Below, piece after piece: positions 38,181 to 51,284 of a stretch of DNA of 64,000 bases. The first letter of the stretch is position 1. Every line of letters begins with the position of its first letter. This DNA comes from Sphaerodactylus townsendi (Eukaryota): NCBI RefSeq assembly GCF_021028975.2, contig NC_059438.1, positions 3,658,001 to 3,722,000 of the forward strand, written 5' to 3'. The notes below the pieces were generated by a model. That model worked only from the letters and a program-made list of their open reading frames with translations. It ran no database searches and was not told where the DNA came from. A program made the translations under genes and the position numbers.

Positions 38181-39399
38181 ATCCTCATTATCAACTTGTG
38201 ATTTGGAAATTGTCTCTGTTTTACCTGGTAAAGTGATAAGTCCTTGTTTCTGGCCAGTGATATAGCTCAGGAGCAGAGTGTGGTCTGCGTATGAAGCTGA
38301 GCCCGTGGTGTATGTAATTATTGTTCCCTTTCTCAATTTTCTTTACAATCCTATGTAAAATCCAGGCATTTCATAGCTGGAGCTGGCTGCTAAGAGCTAT
38401 TTCTTGTCACGGAAACTAGATGGCTTTATTTTGTGACCACAATTTCAGAGACCCTGCAGCAGCAGCACAACAGCTGTATCTACATGTAACGACATCATCT
38501 TTTTCTTCCTGCTTTCATAGCTGAGCCTGAGATCAGAGAGATGAAAGTTTCTTTGTTGATGTCCAATAAGGCAATAATTTTACTCAGGTCACTATCTATG
38601 ATGAGAGCGGCTGTTATCCCAGAGTTATTATTTTAAGGGCATTACATCCACAACCCTGGAAAAGCTGAGACGTCTGAGGTGGCAATAGCAATTTTCTAGG
38701 TAACTAGCACCTTGTGATCGAAGAGGCTGCACAAGATGACAAAGGGAATGGAGGGAAAAAAATTACATAGAGCTGTAGCCATTGAGAGATTAGTAACTTT
38801 TAAAAGGCCCCAGAGGCTGATACTATCTTTCCAGGCTCCAGTGACTCATGTTACAATAGAAGAAAGCTCACAGAAAAACAGGCAGAAGTCATGTCACTTC
38901 CCAGTTCAGATCAAGGAATAAACATCTTTCCCATTCTGTGCACACAAATATACAGTGGTTGGCTTGAAGCTTTGAGATCTTGAGTTCAAATTCTGACACA
39001 TTCTATTTGTGTAAATTGCCATCTCCCAGGTTCAGCTATATATGCATGTAAAGGCACATTTGGATATACTATGCTGGATCCTGCAGATTAGATTATGTTG
39101 CAGGGATCAAATATTAAAGGTGCAGCAAAATTAAAATCTCTAAAGGGTGGGTGCTGAGTCATTAGCACCCAAAATGCTTGAATTATGCCACTCAACTATT
39201 TGTTCTTGGACTCTGGCTAGGTTTGGGGCTTTGTAATTCTGGATTTTAATGAATAACTTCTAATGTTTTATATTTTTATTATGTTTTATTTTGTAAGCCA
39301 CATCAGGCAAGCTTCTTAGAGAGGCAGAATGATTTTTAAAATAAATAAATAGTATGTATGTTATAGGTAACCATTTTAGACAGCTGTAGAACACAAATC

Positions 39400-39582
39400 T
39401 AGTTCAGTAGCACTGTAAAGACCAACAATTCCAGGGTATAAGCCTTCATGAGTCAAAACTCTCTTTGTCAGGTAAAGGTGGTGAATTTGACAGATATTTC
39501 ATCTTGTATCCGATGAAGACAGCTGTGACTCATGAAAGCCTATTCCCTGGGAAATGTTGATCTCTAAGGTATTACTGGACTC
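39400..39582. mobile_element. Inverted pair of Penelope-like termini (second family) with degenerate hammerhead motifs
   Basis: The arms are imperfect reverse complements. Minus strand CTGACAAAGAGAG..CTCATGAAGGCTTA (39439-39471); plus strand CCGATGAAGACAG..CTCATGAAAGCCTA (39510-39542). Confidence 0.6.
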
Positions 39583-39683
39583 AAATATTGAGTTAGATTG
39601 ATCTTTGTTCAAGTCTAGAGCAAGAGGTAGAGCTTTGTGTGCTCACACCTAATGAAGTGAGCTCTGGTTCACAAACTTTATGA

Positions 39684-39900
39684 AGAGTTGGATTTCTACC
39701 TTGCTTTTCTCAACCTTAAGAAGTATCAAGGTGGCTTACAAACCCCTTCCCTTCCGCTCCCTGCAACAGACACCTTGTGAGGTAGGTGAGGCTGAGAGAG
39801 TTCTGAGAGAACTGTGACTAGCCCAAGGTCACTCAGCAAATTTCATGTAGGGAAGCAGGAAATCAAACCCGGTTCTCCAGATTAGAGTCCACTGCTCTAA
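39684..39900 (-). mobile_element. Squam3-like CORE SINE
   Basis: Reverse complement of the family consensus seen elsewhere in the window. Confidence 0.8.
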
Positions 39901-41459
39901 ACATTATTCCTCAAGGTGTTCCTGCTTAATTTTATTAATAGCGACTTTGGAATAGGAATATAACTTTCTTGGAATTGAAAGACACTCATGAAAAACCTTT
40001 GGAGAGTCCTGATATACATGGCAAGTGTTGGCCAGGACAACAAGTTTTGCTTGCACATTTTACACATGCTCTTCCCTTCCTCAAACAGTTCCACAACAAA
40101 GGAATAACATTGGAGTGGAAAGGGGGGTGAGGCTATTGATGTGTTAGTTTGTCCCTTGTGCAATTCCGTTTGTCATACACAAGCTCCAGGAATGCTGCAC
40201 TCAGCTCCTAAAAGGAAATGTTTTAAATTGGGCGTTTCATATTCATTAGTCGTTACACTGGTGTTAGTATTTTGACCAAGTCCTAGTTGTTGGGTGCCTA
40301 ACAAGACTTCAGCACAGCAGCAATGACAAACCCACATATAAATCAAGCCAGGGAAACATTACTTTTCCATTTCTAATTAAAGATGACATTGAAACCTCAG
40401 GATAGAGAACATATGGGAAGGAGTTCATTTTCTGCAAAGAGTAAACTCAGAATTACAAGAAGCAGTTTGGGGTGATGATTTAAAAAACACCTAAACTGCT
40501 TTTGCTTCTGATTTGCTAGTAAAGGGAATCTTAAACAGTTTTAATGGAAAACTGTGCAGCCGCATCTTTCCACCAAACAAAATCTGAGTAAGATGTAAGA
40601 CAACTCAAGCTGTTCAGAACAACTGGGAATTTACTGGAAGTCACCCACGACACAATTGTTTCTACCTTCGGAGATGGTGAGACAGATGGCGTGAATACAT
40701 TTAAATCCAGGGACAAAACTGATGTGACACTCCAGTTACTTTATTAAAACTAACAGCTTATTCCCAGAAAAAAAAAAGTTGGACCAAACTAGTTTGAGAA
40801 GAGCTGATCTATCTGTGAAAAAATGAGCTCCTTGATGCAGGTAAATCTGGAACACCAAGGTAAGAACACTGTTGATGTCTTTGTCCCAGCAGCAATGGAA
40901 AGGACCTGTCAGTGCATGAACAGAACCACAAACTCAGTACCATCCCATCTGTGCAATCAAAAGCACTAGATACAGACCAGCCAACGATTACTCGCATAGT
41001 CTCACAAGTGGAAATGCAAACTGGGATATAACCAGTATAATTTAACACAAACTGCCAGGAATGTATTTTTATACATATTCAGAGACACATTTGGAAATGT
41101 ATGATCATTATGCAGTTACTTCCATATTATGAAGAGAGGGAAGACAGTGGCCTAAGTGTGTTCGGTAGGTCCCTGGTCTCAATACCTGAAAAGGACTATA
41201 CTTAATGTTAAAGAATATGTGAATGTCAACAGGTCTCAGGTCAAGGCATACCAGGCAAAAATGGCACCTGGGGCATGACCAGCTCCCTGCCCCCCTGCCC
41301 AGCTCCCCATGCCCCCCCCATGCCCCACTTATGGCAGCCAGCGGGGAGACCGGGGAGGGCAGGGCTCGGTGACAGGCAGCTTAGGTGGGTGCCACAGTGG
41401 CAGGCCGGCTCCTGCCTGCCCTTGGATTGCAAGTGTAAGTATGCTTAACATCCTCTTTG

Positions 41460-41960
41460 TCAATTTACTTTTACTTTACTTTCTTTTAGATTACTATTCC
41501 ACCCTACCCCGGCAAAGTTGGGCTCTGGGCAGTGAACAACAGTAACATCAGGCAATATAATTAAAAAATGATACAGCAAAGTCCAATCTGCCAATCAAAT
41601 TAACCTTAATTCAACTTTAAACAGTAATAACACAGAACATCTAATATTAGAACAGCCAAAGAATGTGTGTCATGGGACACAAAGAAAAAAGGACATGTTC
41701 CCCCAAAGGAACATAAGGTCCTCTGGGGGTGGTACGGGGAGATGTCGTCCTACCGATACAATGGCCCCAGACCACTTAAGGCTTTAAAGGTGAGCATCAA
41801 CACCTTGAACCTGATCAGGAACTCAACTGGCAACTGGCAAACTCTGGGGATATCTGGGATCTTACTGGGATCCCTGTAAGGAGCCTCATTGCTGTGTTCT
41901 AGACCAACTGTAATAACTGGAGTAACTTCAAGGGAAGCCTAGTATAGAATTAATTACAGG
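41460..41960 (-). mobile_element. L2 LINE 3' portion (ORF2 fragment + tail)
   Basis: Minus strand LPVEFLIRFKVLMLTFKALSGLGP..ISPYHPQRTL. Tail ..CACTGCCCAGAGCCC..GGGCGG-like with A-rich end at ~41460-41545. Confidence 0.8.
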
Positions 41961-42307
41961 AAACTTCTCACAATCCGCAGACCTGGGCTTTTCCATTAAC
42001 ATGCTTTGAGACGTCTTAAGTGTAGAGAAAAACGGGATATAAAAACCAACTCTTTTTCTATGCTGGTACACTCTCCATGTTGACCACTGAATTGGGAAAA
42101 GACCTAAGGGACAACTAGAGTGAGGTAAACAGTTAATCTAGAACTTCTGGCACAAGGCTGGAGCTCAGTGGTAGAGTATTTGCTTTGCATGCAGAAGATC
42201 ACAAGTTCAGTTCCCAATATCTCCAAAAAATAGGGTCAGATAGTGATGAGAAAAAACTGAAATTCTGGAAAGTTGAAGCCAGCCAGAATAGACAATACTA
42301 CCTAGAC

Positions 42308-42453
42308 CCGTGGTGGCGAACCTTTGGCACTCCAGATGTTATGGACTACACTTCCCATCAGCCCCTGCCAGCATGGCCAATTGGCTATGCTGGCAGGGGC
42401 TGATGGGAATTGTAGTCCATAACATCTGAAGTGCCAAAGATTCGCCACCACTG
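42308..42453. mobile_element. Palindromic hAT MITE (146 bp) nested in a tRNA SINE
   Basis: Self-complementary. 8-bp TSD ACCTAGAC. Confidence 0.9.
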
Positions 42454-42525
42454 ACCTAGACCAATGGCCCAGTTCAGTACAAGTCAGTGTCATCTTCAAT
42501 GGAACCTTCCACCATTCTGTGTCTA

Positions 42526-42832
42526 AGCCAGGAGTCTTTTTGAACCCATGGGCACATTTGGAATTCTGACATGGTATGGCTGCCACAAAATGGCTGCTGC
42601 AGAAGGTGGAGCCAGTGATAAAATGATTGCCACAGCTTAACTTCAGTTTCACAGTGCAGATCCTTGTACTGTGGTGGCAGTTGCGATCAAAACAACATTT
42701 TTTAAAAAAAATCTGCACAGGCATCAAGTCTTCAGTAGTCATCAGAGGGCTGATTGGGCAAATGCCCTACTTGGCCCTGCCCATTTCCTAAAAACATTTG
42801 GTGTTGGAAGGTGCCGCATTGGAAACTCCAGG
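42526..42832 (+). mobile_element. Decayed hAT-like MITE (related copy ~60540-60885)
   Basis: Shared GGCACATTTGGAATTCTGACATGG..AAAATGGCTGC..CCACAGC..ACTTCAGT blocks. Confidence 0.55.
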
Positions 42833-45800
42833 ACTAAATGACCACATAGGGTCCTTGTGAGGATAAAAGGGAATGGATCTTTATTTAGGTTGCCTGGAGC
42901 TCCTTGGGGGAAAGGGTGGGCTAAAAATTTAAACAGGGCTGTGAACCTGTATTACAGCAGAGCAACTTTTCTTGACATATAAAATGACAAGGTTACAGCT
43001 GTCTTCAACAAGCCGGGCCTGTTATCTCCCACTGGAAGAGTCTTCCTAACCCGGCATGCCAGCCGAAGCATTAGCAGTTTGCCTCTCACTTCCTGGCTAA
43101 AGTTTTTAGCAATCCCAGGGTCATCTTTATGCAATCTGATGGGTGAATAAGCATCTGCAAATGAGCTTGACGTGTGTCATTTTCAGCCTGACTGAAATCA
43201 ATCTTGGCCAAGTCCCCTTGGCCAGCGTGGCTGAAATTATTTGCAGAATCCAAAGCCTGCATTTTTTCTCTAACAGGCTTAAAGGAATAAGAAGTGGAGG
43301 GGTTTTTTTTCTCTTTCAAATTAAGGAAGGGAAAATGTGGTGAAAAGAGGCTGTGATTGCCCTGGAATTGATAATTGCAAGATTCTGATGGTGTCAGGTG
43401 TTATTGTAAAGTGACAGGTCTCTCAAAGCTTTCGGGTTAAAGCTTTGAAGATTTCAGGAGGGGGGAAAAGTCACTCTCTTCATGATGTGAGATTTTTTTC
43501 CCCCCTTGTTAAACTTACCAGATGGATTCCAGATGAAGTCCCTTGGTGCACATCAGCATGTTAATGTAATTACAGATATAGAGGCATGTGCGGAGAAAGT
43601 GTCAGATGTATTCGAAATCACAAGGAGAAAGCGAGAAGGGGCGACATTAACATTTCGTTTTTGCTCGTCTACATTACAAAACTGACAGAACGGGGAATAG
43701 AGCGACATGACTTGGTACACGAAGTGCACGCTGACATCATTGTTCACAGTATGTCCAGCACCGAGGCAGATACTGTTGAGCAAACACCAGGAAAAAAAAT
43801 ATGCAAACATCTTGCCAGAACTTGCTTATAAGTAAATATTTGACTTCCGAGTGCTGTGGAATACATGCAGATTGAAAGCATATTGCTTGTGCTGCATAAT
43901 CTTGAAATCATAGAACATGAATCCATGAGTCTGTCTTACACGGAGTCAGACCATTGGTTTATTAGGGTCAGTCTTTTCTACTCTGAGTAGCAGTGGCTCT
44001 CTAGGATCATTCACGCTGACTATACTCTGTTCTACAGAACGATAATAGTAAGGTGCATATTCCCCTGCCACAGAGCAAAGCATACTGGACCCTCTTTGTT
44101 GTAGAATGCTCCGCCTGGGTCCTAGTGCCTACCTAGCCCTGCTCCCCCCATCTGGTTGAAATACATTTTGGCATTAAATGCTCTTGCGTCAAAGTACCAT
44201 GTTCAATAATGCACAAAGTAATGGTTCTGACAAAGACAGAACATCACAATGAATGATAATTTGCATATAATTCTCATATTCATTTGGAACTATATTCTAA
44301 TATGGAAGCATACAATTTCTCATCTGCTGCGCTTCAACTGACTGAACTGTCATCTTTCTGTGAAACAGAAAATAGCACTTGAACTTTTTAACTACAAATT
44401 GAATCTGGAACCTTCTGAATGAAAACAGATGTTCTTCCACTAAACCATGACCTCGCTTCCCAAAGTTCACCTTTACACTCAAAACAAACTGACAATGGCC
44501 AAGTTATTTCTGAAACATGCATTGAGTTAGATCCAGCACAAAATGGCCACTTGGCCGCAGCTCTCTGCATGTAGAAACACAAGAAAAAGAGGATGGTAAC
44601 TGCTTGTGCTAGGTCAAATGCATGGTATTCTCACTTGTATTTATACTCACACAAGATCTTGTGCAACCAATTTTTGGACCTATATTATATAAGGAGGAAA
44701 GTGCTCAGAGTTAGATAAGATATTGTATAGGTGGAACTGCACTATGTCCAGTTACATTCCCACTTGTGTATCCCTGGATCCAGGTCCTCTAGAAAAGCTT
44801 GATGCGGGTATGAAAATATTCTGCTTGCATATCTTATGCTAATGTATACCCTGTTGGAGGGAGTCTGATGGATTTTAAATAGTTTATTTGTGTAAAATTT
44901 GTATTGCTATCTCCCTCTCCCAGGTTGCCTGGGAGGTAAGGGACAGAAAGTCGAGTGAAAAGTTCTTACTGAAAGTTCTTGTTTCTTCCTTCACAATGTT
45001 ACTGGAATTCCAGAAGCAACTTCAGGTCACCTTTCTTGACCCTGAAAAAATAGAAGTTTACTAATACCTCCATTTCATATGTAGGGCTAAAGCTCCTGTG
45101 CTATATGTTGAGACCCAATTCCATTATCTCCTGTGATTGGTTCGGGAGTTGTGGAGGCCTGTTTATCTCACCAGCTGAACCATCAGAGCAACTAGAGCTA
45201 AACAGGGTTATTGCCTTGTGGAATCCACCTAAGTTAGCAAAAATTGTATTTGCTCAGGGTGAGATGCCCCAAAAATGGAAGGCAATCATCTGGACAACGT
45301 AGTAAAAAAAAATGGAAGTCAGTTTATGCATTGTCTAGGAAAGGCAACTCTATCCTACATCCAGACCACAGCAGGGAGGTTGTCTCTGTTGCCTTAAGAT
45401 ATGGTTCACAGTGTATTCTGTCATGCTGTTTATTTGATAAGCATATTTGGGGCTGCCAGTGGTACATAAATTCCATATTTCCCTAGCTTAACCACTGCTG
45501 TAGGATCATCCTGGACAATGTCAGGAAATGTATTAAGAAATCTATAATATAACTATATGTCTGCCTTCAGAAGGCCACAAATATTTTATAAGCTTTTAAA
45601 GATGCTACACAAGTTTTCTCTGAGGCTTGGTTTGTAAATTACCTTCCACTGCATGAGCTGAATTCTGCTAAATGTCTCTTTGGTAGGGTCAAAAGTTATA
45701 CTGCAATGTTAATATAAGCAAACACCACCCAATTATTTGCTCATTTCTCACACCACACATCCATCAGGGTCATTATCACTAGAACTGGGTGTGTCTTGAT

Positions 45801-46585
45801 TGCACCAATTTGGAGGCAGAGTATTGGACAAACTGATATTTCAAGCAAGAGCACTCACAGGCAGCCAATAGAACTTACTGAGAGCAGAGAACAACTGTCC
45901 AAACACAGGGATCCCATTCTGGATGCAGGTAGCAAATCAGCTAGAGCTATGGATGGAACTGTGGACTTTCTGTCTCAGAAAGTGATACTGTTGGAAATGG
46001 AAGAAGAATTATGTGGTGTCATTGGTGTTTCAAACTCAACCTTCCCATGACTGGTAGTCCAAGGTTTCCCCAACTATATCTTCAGCACTTCTTGTATGCA
46101 AGACTCCTCTTTGATGACATTACGTTCCTTGTGTAGCTCTCCTGGATATTGTTGCAACAAAGCACACCATTTTGTTCTTCCTGACACTGAATGGATGGCC
46201 CTGGTTCTTTTTGTCAGTGGTAGCATGACAACGTAAGTGGAATTGCTGGAATAAGAATTTTCACTGTATGTTGTTAGCAGAGGCATGACTTCAGTGCCTG
46301 GAGTATCAGCACTGTTGCATAAAAGACATGATATTCCACTCTGCTACATCAAGTCCCACCTGATACTCCTCTTCAGTCAGGGTTGGCAACTCCAGTCTGA
46401 GAAATACCTGGAGATTTGGGAGTGGAGACTTGGGAGGGGAAGAACCTAAAAAAGGTATAAATATTACAGCACCTATTCTCCAAAGCAGTCATTTGCTCCG
46501 AAGGAACGGAACTCTGTCGTCTGGAGATCATTTGGGGGAGTGATACTAAACATTCCATTCACAAAGTACAACATTACCCTGGTTG

Positions 46586-46887
46586 AAGAAGAAGAAGAGT
46601 TTGGATTTATATCCCCCCTTTCTCTCCTGTAAGGAGACTCAAAGGGGCTGACAATCTCCTTGCCCTCCCCCCCTCACAGCAAACACCCTGTGAGGTGGGT
46701 GGGGCTGAGAGAGCTCCGAGAAGCTGTGACTAGCCAAAGGTCACCCAGCTGGCATGTGTGGGAGTGCACAGGCTAATCTGAATTCCCCAGATAAGCCTCC
46801 ACAGCTCAAGCGGCAGAGCTGGGAATCAAACCTGGTTCCTCCAGATTAGAATGCACCTGCTCTTAACCACTACGCCACTGCTGCTCC
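46586..46887 (-). mobile_element. Squam3-like CORE SINE, young full-length copy
   Basis: Complete head (GGAGCAGCAGTGGCGTAGTGGTTAAGAGC on the minus strand) and (CTT)n tail. Confidence 0.9.
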
Positions 46888-48614
46888 GCAATATGGTTGA
46901 GATAAAGTTCTAGGGAGTTTTTTTTTAAGAAAAGAAAATGAAACTGCTATCTTGCAATTTTTTTTCTCTCCAAGTTGATAAGAAAGTATTCAAGGAGATT
47001 CACAGAGCAGTCCCATGAGACCTGCTATGCTATGCTATGCTACACTGAAGTGGGTTGTAGGTTATGGCAAAAGAGCGGTTTTCAAAATTCCCAAATGAGC
47101 AGAAGAAACACAAAGCGGACAGCACACAGTACGTGACCCAATCCCTCCCACTCTTTCTAGCCTGTTTTGCTGTCCATATGATGACACTGTTCACCAAATG
47201 GTGGGCGTGCTGTTTAGCCATGGATGAATCCTTAAGTGATGAGCAAGGTTTGCCCCCCCCCCCCTTTTACTTTGCTTCTATTTACATCTTGGAAAATGTG
47301 TACTATGCCAAACAGCATCTTAGTCTTCTTTTCATATCTTTATTCCTTTAAGGATCGTTGTCTTTGACTTTTTCTTTTGTGAGAATTATGTTGGTTGCCA
47401 GGTATGCAAATAGTTCTGAGGCGAGGACTGTGTAGAGACTGCTATCTGCCTTGCATTTTTATCCCCATGCTTCCTCCAATCAGCTCATCCCTGTGGTTTT
47501 AACCCCACAGCATCAATGTGAGGTAGGCTAGGTTTGGTGGGAGAGAGTGGCCCAAGGCTACCCAATAAGTTTTGTGACACACCACAGATTTGAACCCAGG
47601 TCTCGCTGGCTCTAATCCATTTGCCAAGTTACACTGAATTCGCTGGTGTATATTTCTGCCCACAGTTTTTATTGATGAAGAGACGTTGTGAAAAAGGATT
47701 CCTTCTCAAAGTCTTCAAGTCCCTCAGCAAAGGGCCAAACTAGATGTGAAAATGTCCACAACTCCACTCCATGGACACTACCACCATTTAAAAGGAATTA
47801 AAAATATTACAAGGTTGTGGCATTCTTAAATCCCTGTAAAATAATGTTGACATCCATGATTTGGAACTGGATGCCATCATTTATAATTTGGCCCACAGAG
47901 TCTTGGTTTTCTAGTGATATCTCTCCAGCTTGCGCTAGCAAAAAAGCTGAGGAAGAGAAAATGGACAGTCAGTCAGAATGGCAAACAGGTGGGACATTAA
48001 GATAGAATATCACAAACAGAAATCAATGCCTCAGTCAGTGATGGAGAGGGTAATAGGGTAACACAAACCAAAAAGGGGATAATTTTGATAAACAGGACAA
48101 GTGAGTAATACAGCAAAATGAAATTATTAATTTCCAGATAGAAGTGGAAGAAAGGACAGATATTGCACAATTTTTCCTTTTCTATTCTTTTCATACACTT
48201 CCCCAAGTTAGCCATGAAAACCTTTTGTTTCTTTATGATCCAATTTCCTGCCCTTTCCTTATTATCTATCCAACCAGTTGTTAGTTGTGTGTTTCGCAGA
48301 CAGTGACAGATTGTCAATGGCTACAGTGTACAGTTTTTCTATCTACAGACTACTTAACAATCAGTATTGACAAATGAAACCCATGGGCTCTGGTTGTGAT
48401 TTCTGACTGATGGGAAAATATCTGTCATTTTGGGAATGGCTGCCGAATTTTGCTTACTGCAGAATTCAGAGAGAAAGCAGAGGTTCCTATTTTGGAAAAA
48501 GATTTGACCTCTTTTGAAGAAAGCTAAAAGTTTTTAGCATGCAAGAGAAATGTGACACATTCCTGGTCAGGATTTACAAATATAAATCCAGATTTACAAA
48601 TAAAGAAAACAATA

Positions 48615-48753
48615 NNNNNNNNNNNNNNNNNNNNNNNNNNNNNNNNNNNNNNNNNNNNNNNNNNNNNNNNNNNNNNNNNNNNNNNNNNNNNNNNNNNNNN
48701 NNNNNNNNNNNNNNNNNNNNNNNNNNNNNNNNNNNNNNNNNNNNNNNNNNNNN
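48615..48753. other. Assembly gap (139 N)
   Basis: Run of N. Confidence 1.
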
Positions 48754-48973
48754 ATTAAAGCTTTCAAACTGATAAGTGTGGGGGCAAACATTTAGGTTCA
48801 GGCACTGCAGAGCCACATGATGCCCTGCTGCTGAGGGGGCAATGGTGCCAGTGCAAAGGTCACACCATGGCGAATGCAGCTTCATGCCCCCACCCCTACA
48901 CATTGCACAGTTAGACTGCTAAATGTTTTATGCTCTGGGTTTTTACACTGTTTTCTGTTCTGAGTTTTTATTA

Positions 48974-50505
48974 GGCCCTTTCCGCACCGCAATGGTGCAG
49001 GGGTGCGTCAGCATAAACAATGCCGACACACACCCCCGGGACCGTTAGTATGGATGGTCCCGGGAGGGCGGCAGGCGGCGGCACAGCTGCTTCAATACTA
49101 GGTTATGCCGTCGCCAGTTAACACTTGTTTAGCTCGGCTTCAGCTGTGTCGCAGAAGCCAGGGATTACGCTTCAGCAGCCTGCCGAAGCCGGCTGTGCCC
49201 TGGAGTCGCAGTTTAGGGCATGTCCCCTGGCCTCTGCAACAAGCCGGAAGCCAGGAGACAAGGTAGGCATTTGGGAAAGGGGAGAAATGGCGCCTTCCAG
49301 CCATAAGCATAAGCATAAGCATTTTATTGTCATTGTGCACGCACAACGAAATTTACAGCAGCATTCCTCGATGCACACAATTTCAGACTCCATACAATTT
49401 CAGACTCCATGCAATTTCAGACTTCCATATAATATCATCCTCCACCCATTCCTACATAGCCCCAAATACATCAATAAGGAAGCAGCTGGAGTTTAGCATA
49501 GCCACAGCCTCTAGAGTAGAAGCTGTCTCTAAGCCTCTTTTGTCCTCAGGTTCTGAGGGCCAGTTCTGTATCGTCTGCCAGATGGTAGCAGTTTAAAAAA
49601 GAGAGGTAAGGATGAGACGGGGGTCCCTTTAGAATATTTTGGGCTTTATTTAGACTTCGGCATTATAGATTTCTTTCCAAGGAGGGGAGAGGGCAGCCGA
49701 TAACTCTTTTGGTGCAGTATTGATCACCCTTTTGGAGCCTTTCCCACTACACTGTGCAACTCGAGAACTATACACAGATGAGTAGGTTAGGACGCTTCTA
49801 TAGCACACAGCGTAAAGGACACCAGAAGTTTTATCTAGTTGTTGCTTCCTTTAAAGTCTCAGAAAGTACAGTCTGCTGGGCTTTCTAACCAATCACAGTC
49901 TGTAATTCCCCAGGTCAAATCCTCTTAATCATAACTTCCAGGAATTTAAAAAAATAGCCACCCTCGGCCCACTTGATTCCATTTATAAATGTCAATGGGC
50001 TGAATTCTTGTTTTCATTCCTTCTATAGTCCACTCATGAGCTCCTTTGTCTCTGTTAGTGTTAAGAACCAGGCTATTTTCCCTGCAACTACGAGAGCAGT
50101 CGTCCACTTCATATTCCGATAGGCAGACTCATCCCTCCAGAGATGAAGGTCCCACCACCGCTGTGTCATCAGCAAATTCCTGATAATGGTGTTACTATGA
50201 TGTATGTGAGTACAACTCATATGTATAAAGCGGGTGAACAGTAAAGGGCTCAACACACAGCCCCGTGGCGTTCCCATATTTAGAGTAAGAACTGAGCCGG
50301 GCCGCCATTCCGCACAAAATCTCGAAATTCGCTGGAACAGTGCGGCTTCGCTGGCCGCCGTTGCCAGCGAGGTCGCCGCCGCTGCTGCGAGTGCGATGCA
50401 GCTTTAGCAGCGGCCGTGCAAAACCTGCCTCTCCCAGGGACGCAGCGCATTCTTTAAGCTGTCGCTGGGATGCTGTATTCCTCGGCCTCGTCAAGTGAAA
50501 CAGCC
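48974..50505 (+). mobile_element. GC-rich Harbinger-type MITE split by a Rex1 LINE
   Basis: Left TIR GGCCCTTTCCGCAC, right end GAAACAGCC, TSD TTA. The halves join as GCCTTCCAGCC|GCCGCCATTC, as in the intact copy at ~57162. Confidence 0.75.
49301..50297 (-). mobile_element. Rex1/Babar LINE, 5'-truncated, frameshifted RT fragment
   Basis: Minus strand GTPRGCVLSPLLFT..HHSNTII..FADDT.VVG..DESAYRNEV..TKEL. (TTATGC)n tail at ~49301-49322 after AATAAA. Confidence 0.88.
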
Positions 50506-50661
50506 TTAGTTAGGTTTTTAATGATCTGCTAATTTTGATGAATTTATGCTTTATGATCTTTTGTTTTGGGTTCCAAACTGCTTCAAGCAGCTCTATGAGG
50601 AGGTGATGTGTAAATTTTCTAAATAAACAAAAAATCTTCATCCCTATTCATACTGCCTGTA

Positions 50662-50867
50662 NNNNNNNNNNNNNNNNNNNNNNNNNNNNNNNNNNNNNNN
50701 NNNNNNNNNNNNNNNNNNNNNNNNNNNNNNNNNNNNNNNNNNNNNNNNNNNNNNNNNNNNNNNNNNNNNNNNNNNNNNNNNNNNNNNNNNNNNNNNNNNN
50801 NNNNNNNNNNNNNNNNNNNNNNNNNNNNNNNNNNNNNNNNNNNNNNNNNNNNNNNNNNNNNNNNNNN
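50662..50867. other. Assembly gap (206 N)
   Basis: Run of N. Confidence 1.
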
Positions 50868-51284
50868 TGAAATAATTTACAGCAATTATAATCCTCAGGA
50901 AGTACACCCAAAGCAGAAAGGAATGTGACCATTACTTAATTATTCTGTTCAACAAAGTCAGTCCTTGCTATAATTCACACATGAATAGCATCCATTTGCA
51001 TGTAAATGGAAGCCCTACATGCTTCTGTGGAGCTAAAAGCTTAATTTCAAGGTTTCAAGGTGGGATTAGGCAGCGTGCCCATCAGGACTTGATGGCTCAA
51101 CCTTGTAGAGACAAGCTGGCTAAAATCCCAGCAAATACTCTTCTCCCTATTTCCCCTTAGGATTACATACTAACTTAGCAGGGTAAATTTAAGGGGGCAT
51201 CCAGAAAGACATAATTTTTAAATGATGCTGATGATATTGTGGATAATATACATTCTTGACTTAACATGCACATTTTGGAGGGAA

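Noticed and set aside
42155-42225. tRNA gene (also other GCTCAGTGGTAGAG / GTGGTTAAGAGC heads)
   Set aside because: Decayed SINE heads that continue into SINE bodies, with no intact cloverleaf.
43553-43831. Possible protein-coding exon
   Set aside because: Candidate frames hit stops between the splice-like sites and match no protein I recognise. Kept only as a putative conserved element.
45796-46350. Exon-like unique sequence with 70-84-aa ORFs
   Set aside because: No recognisable protein similarity or consistent splice boundaries.
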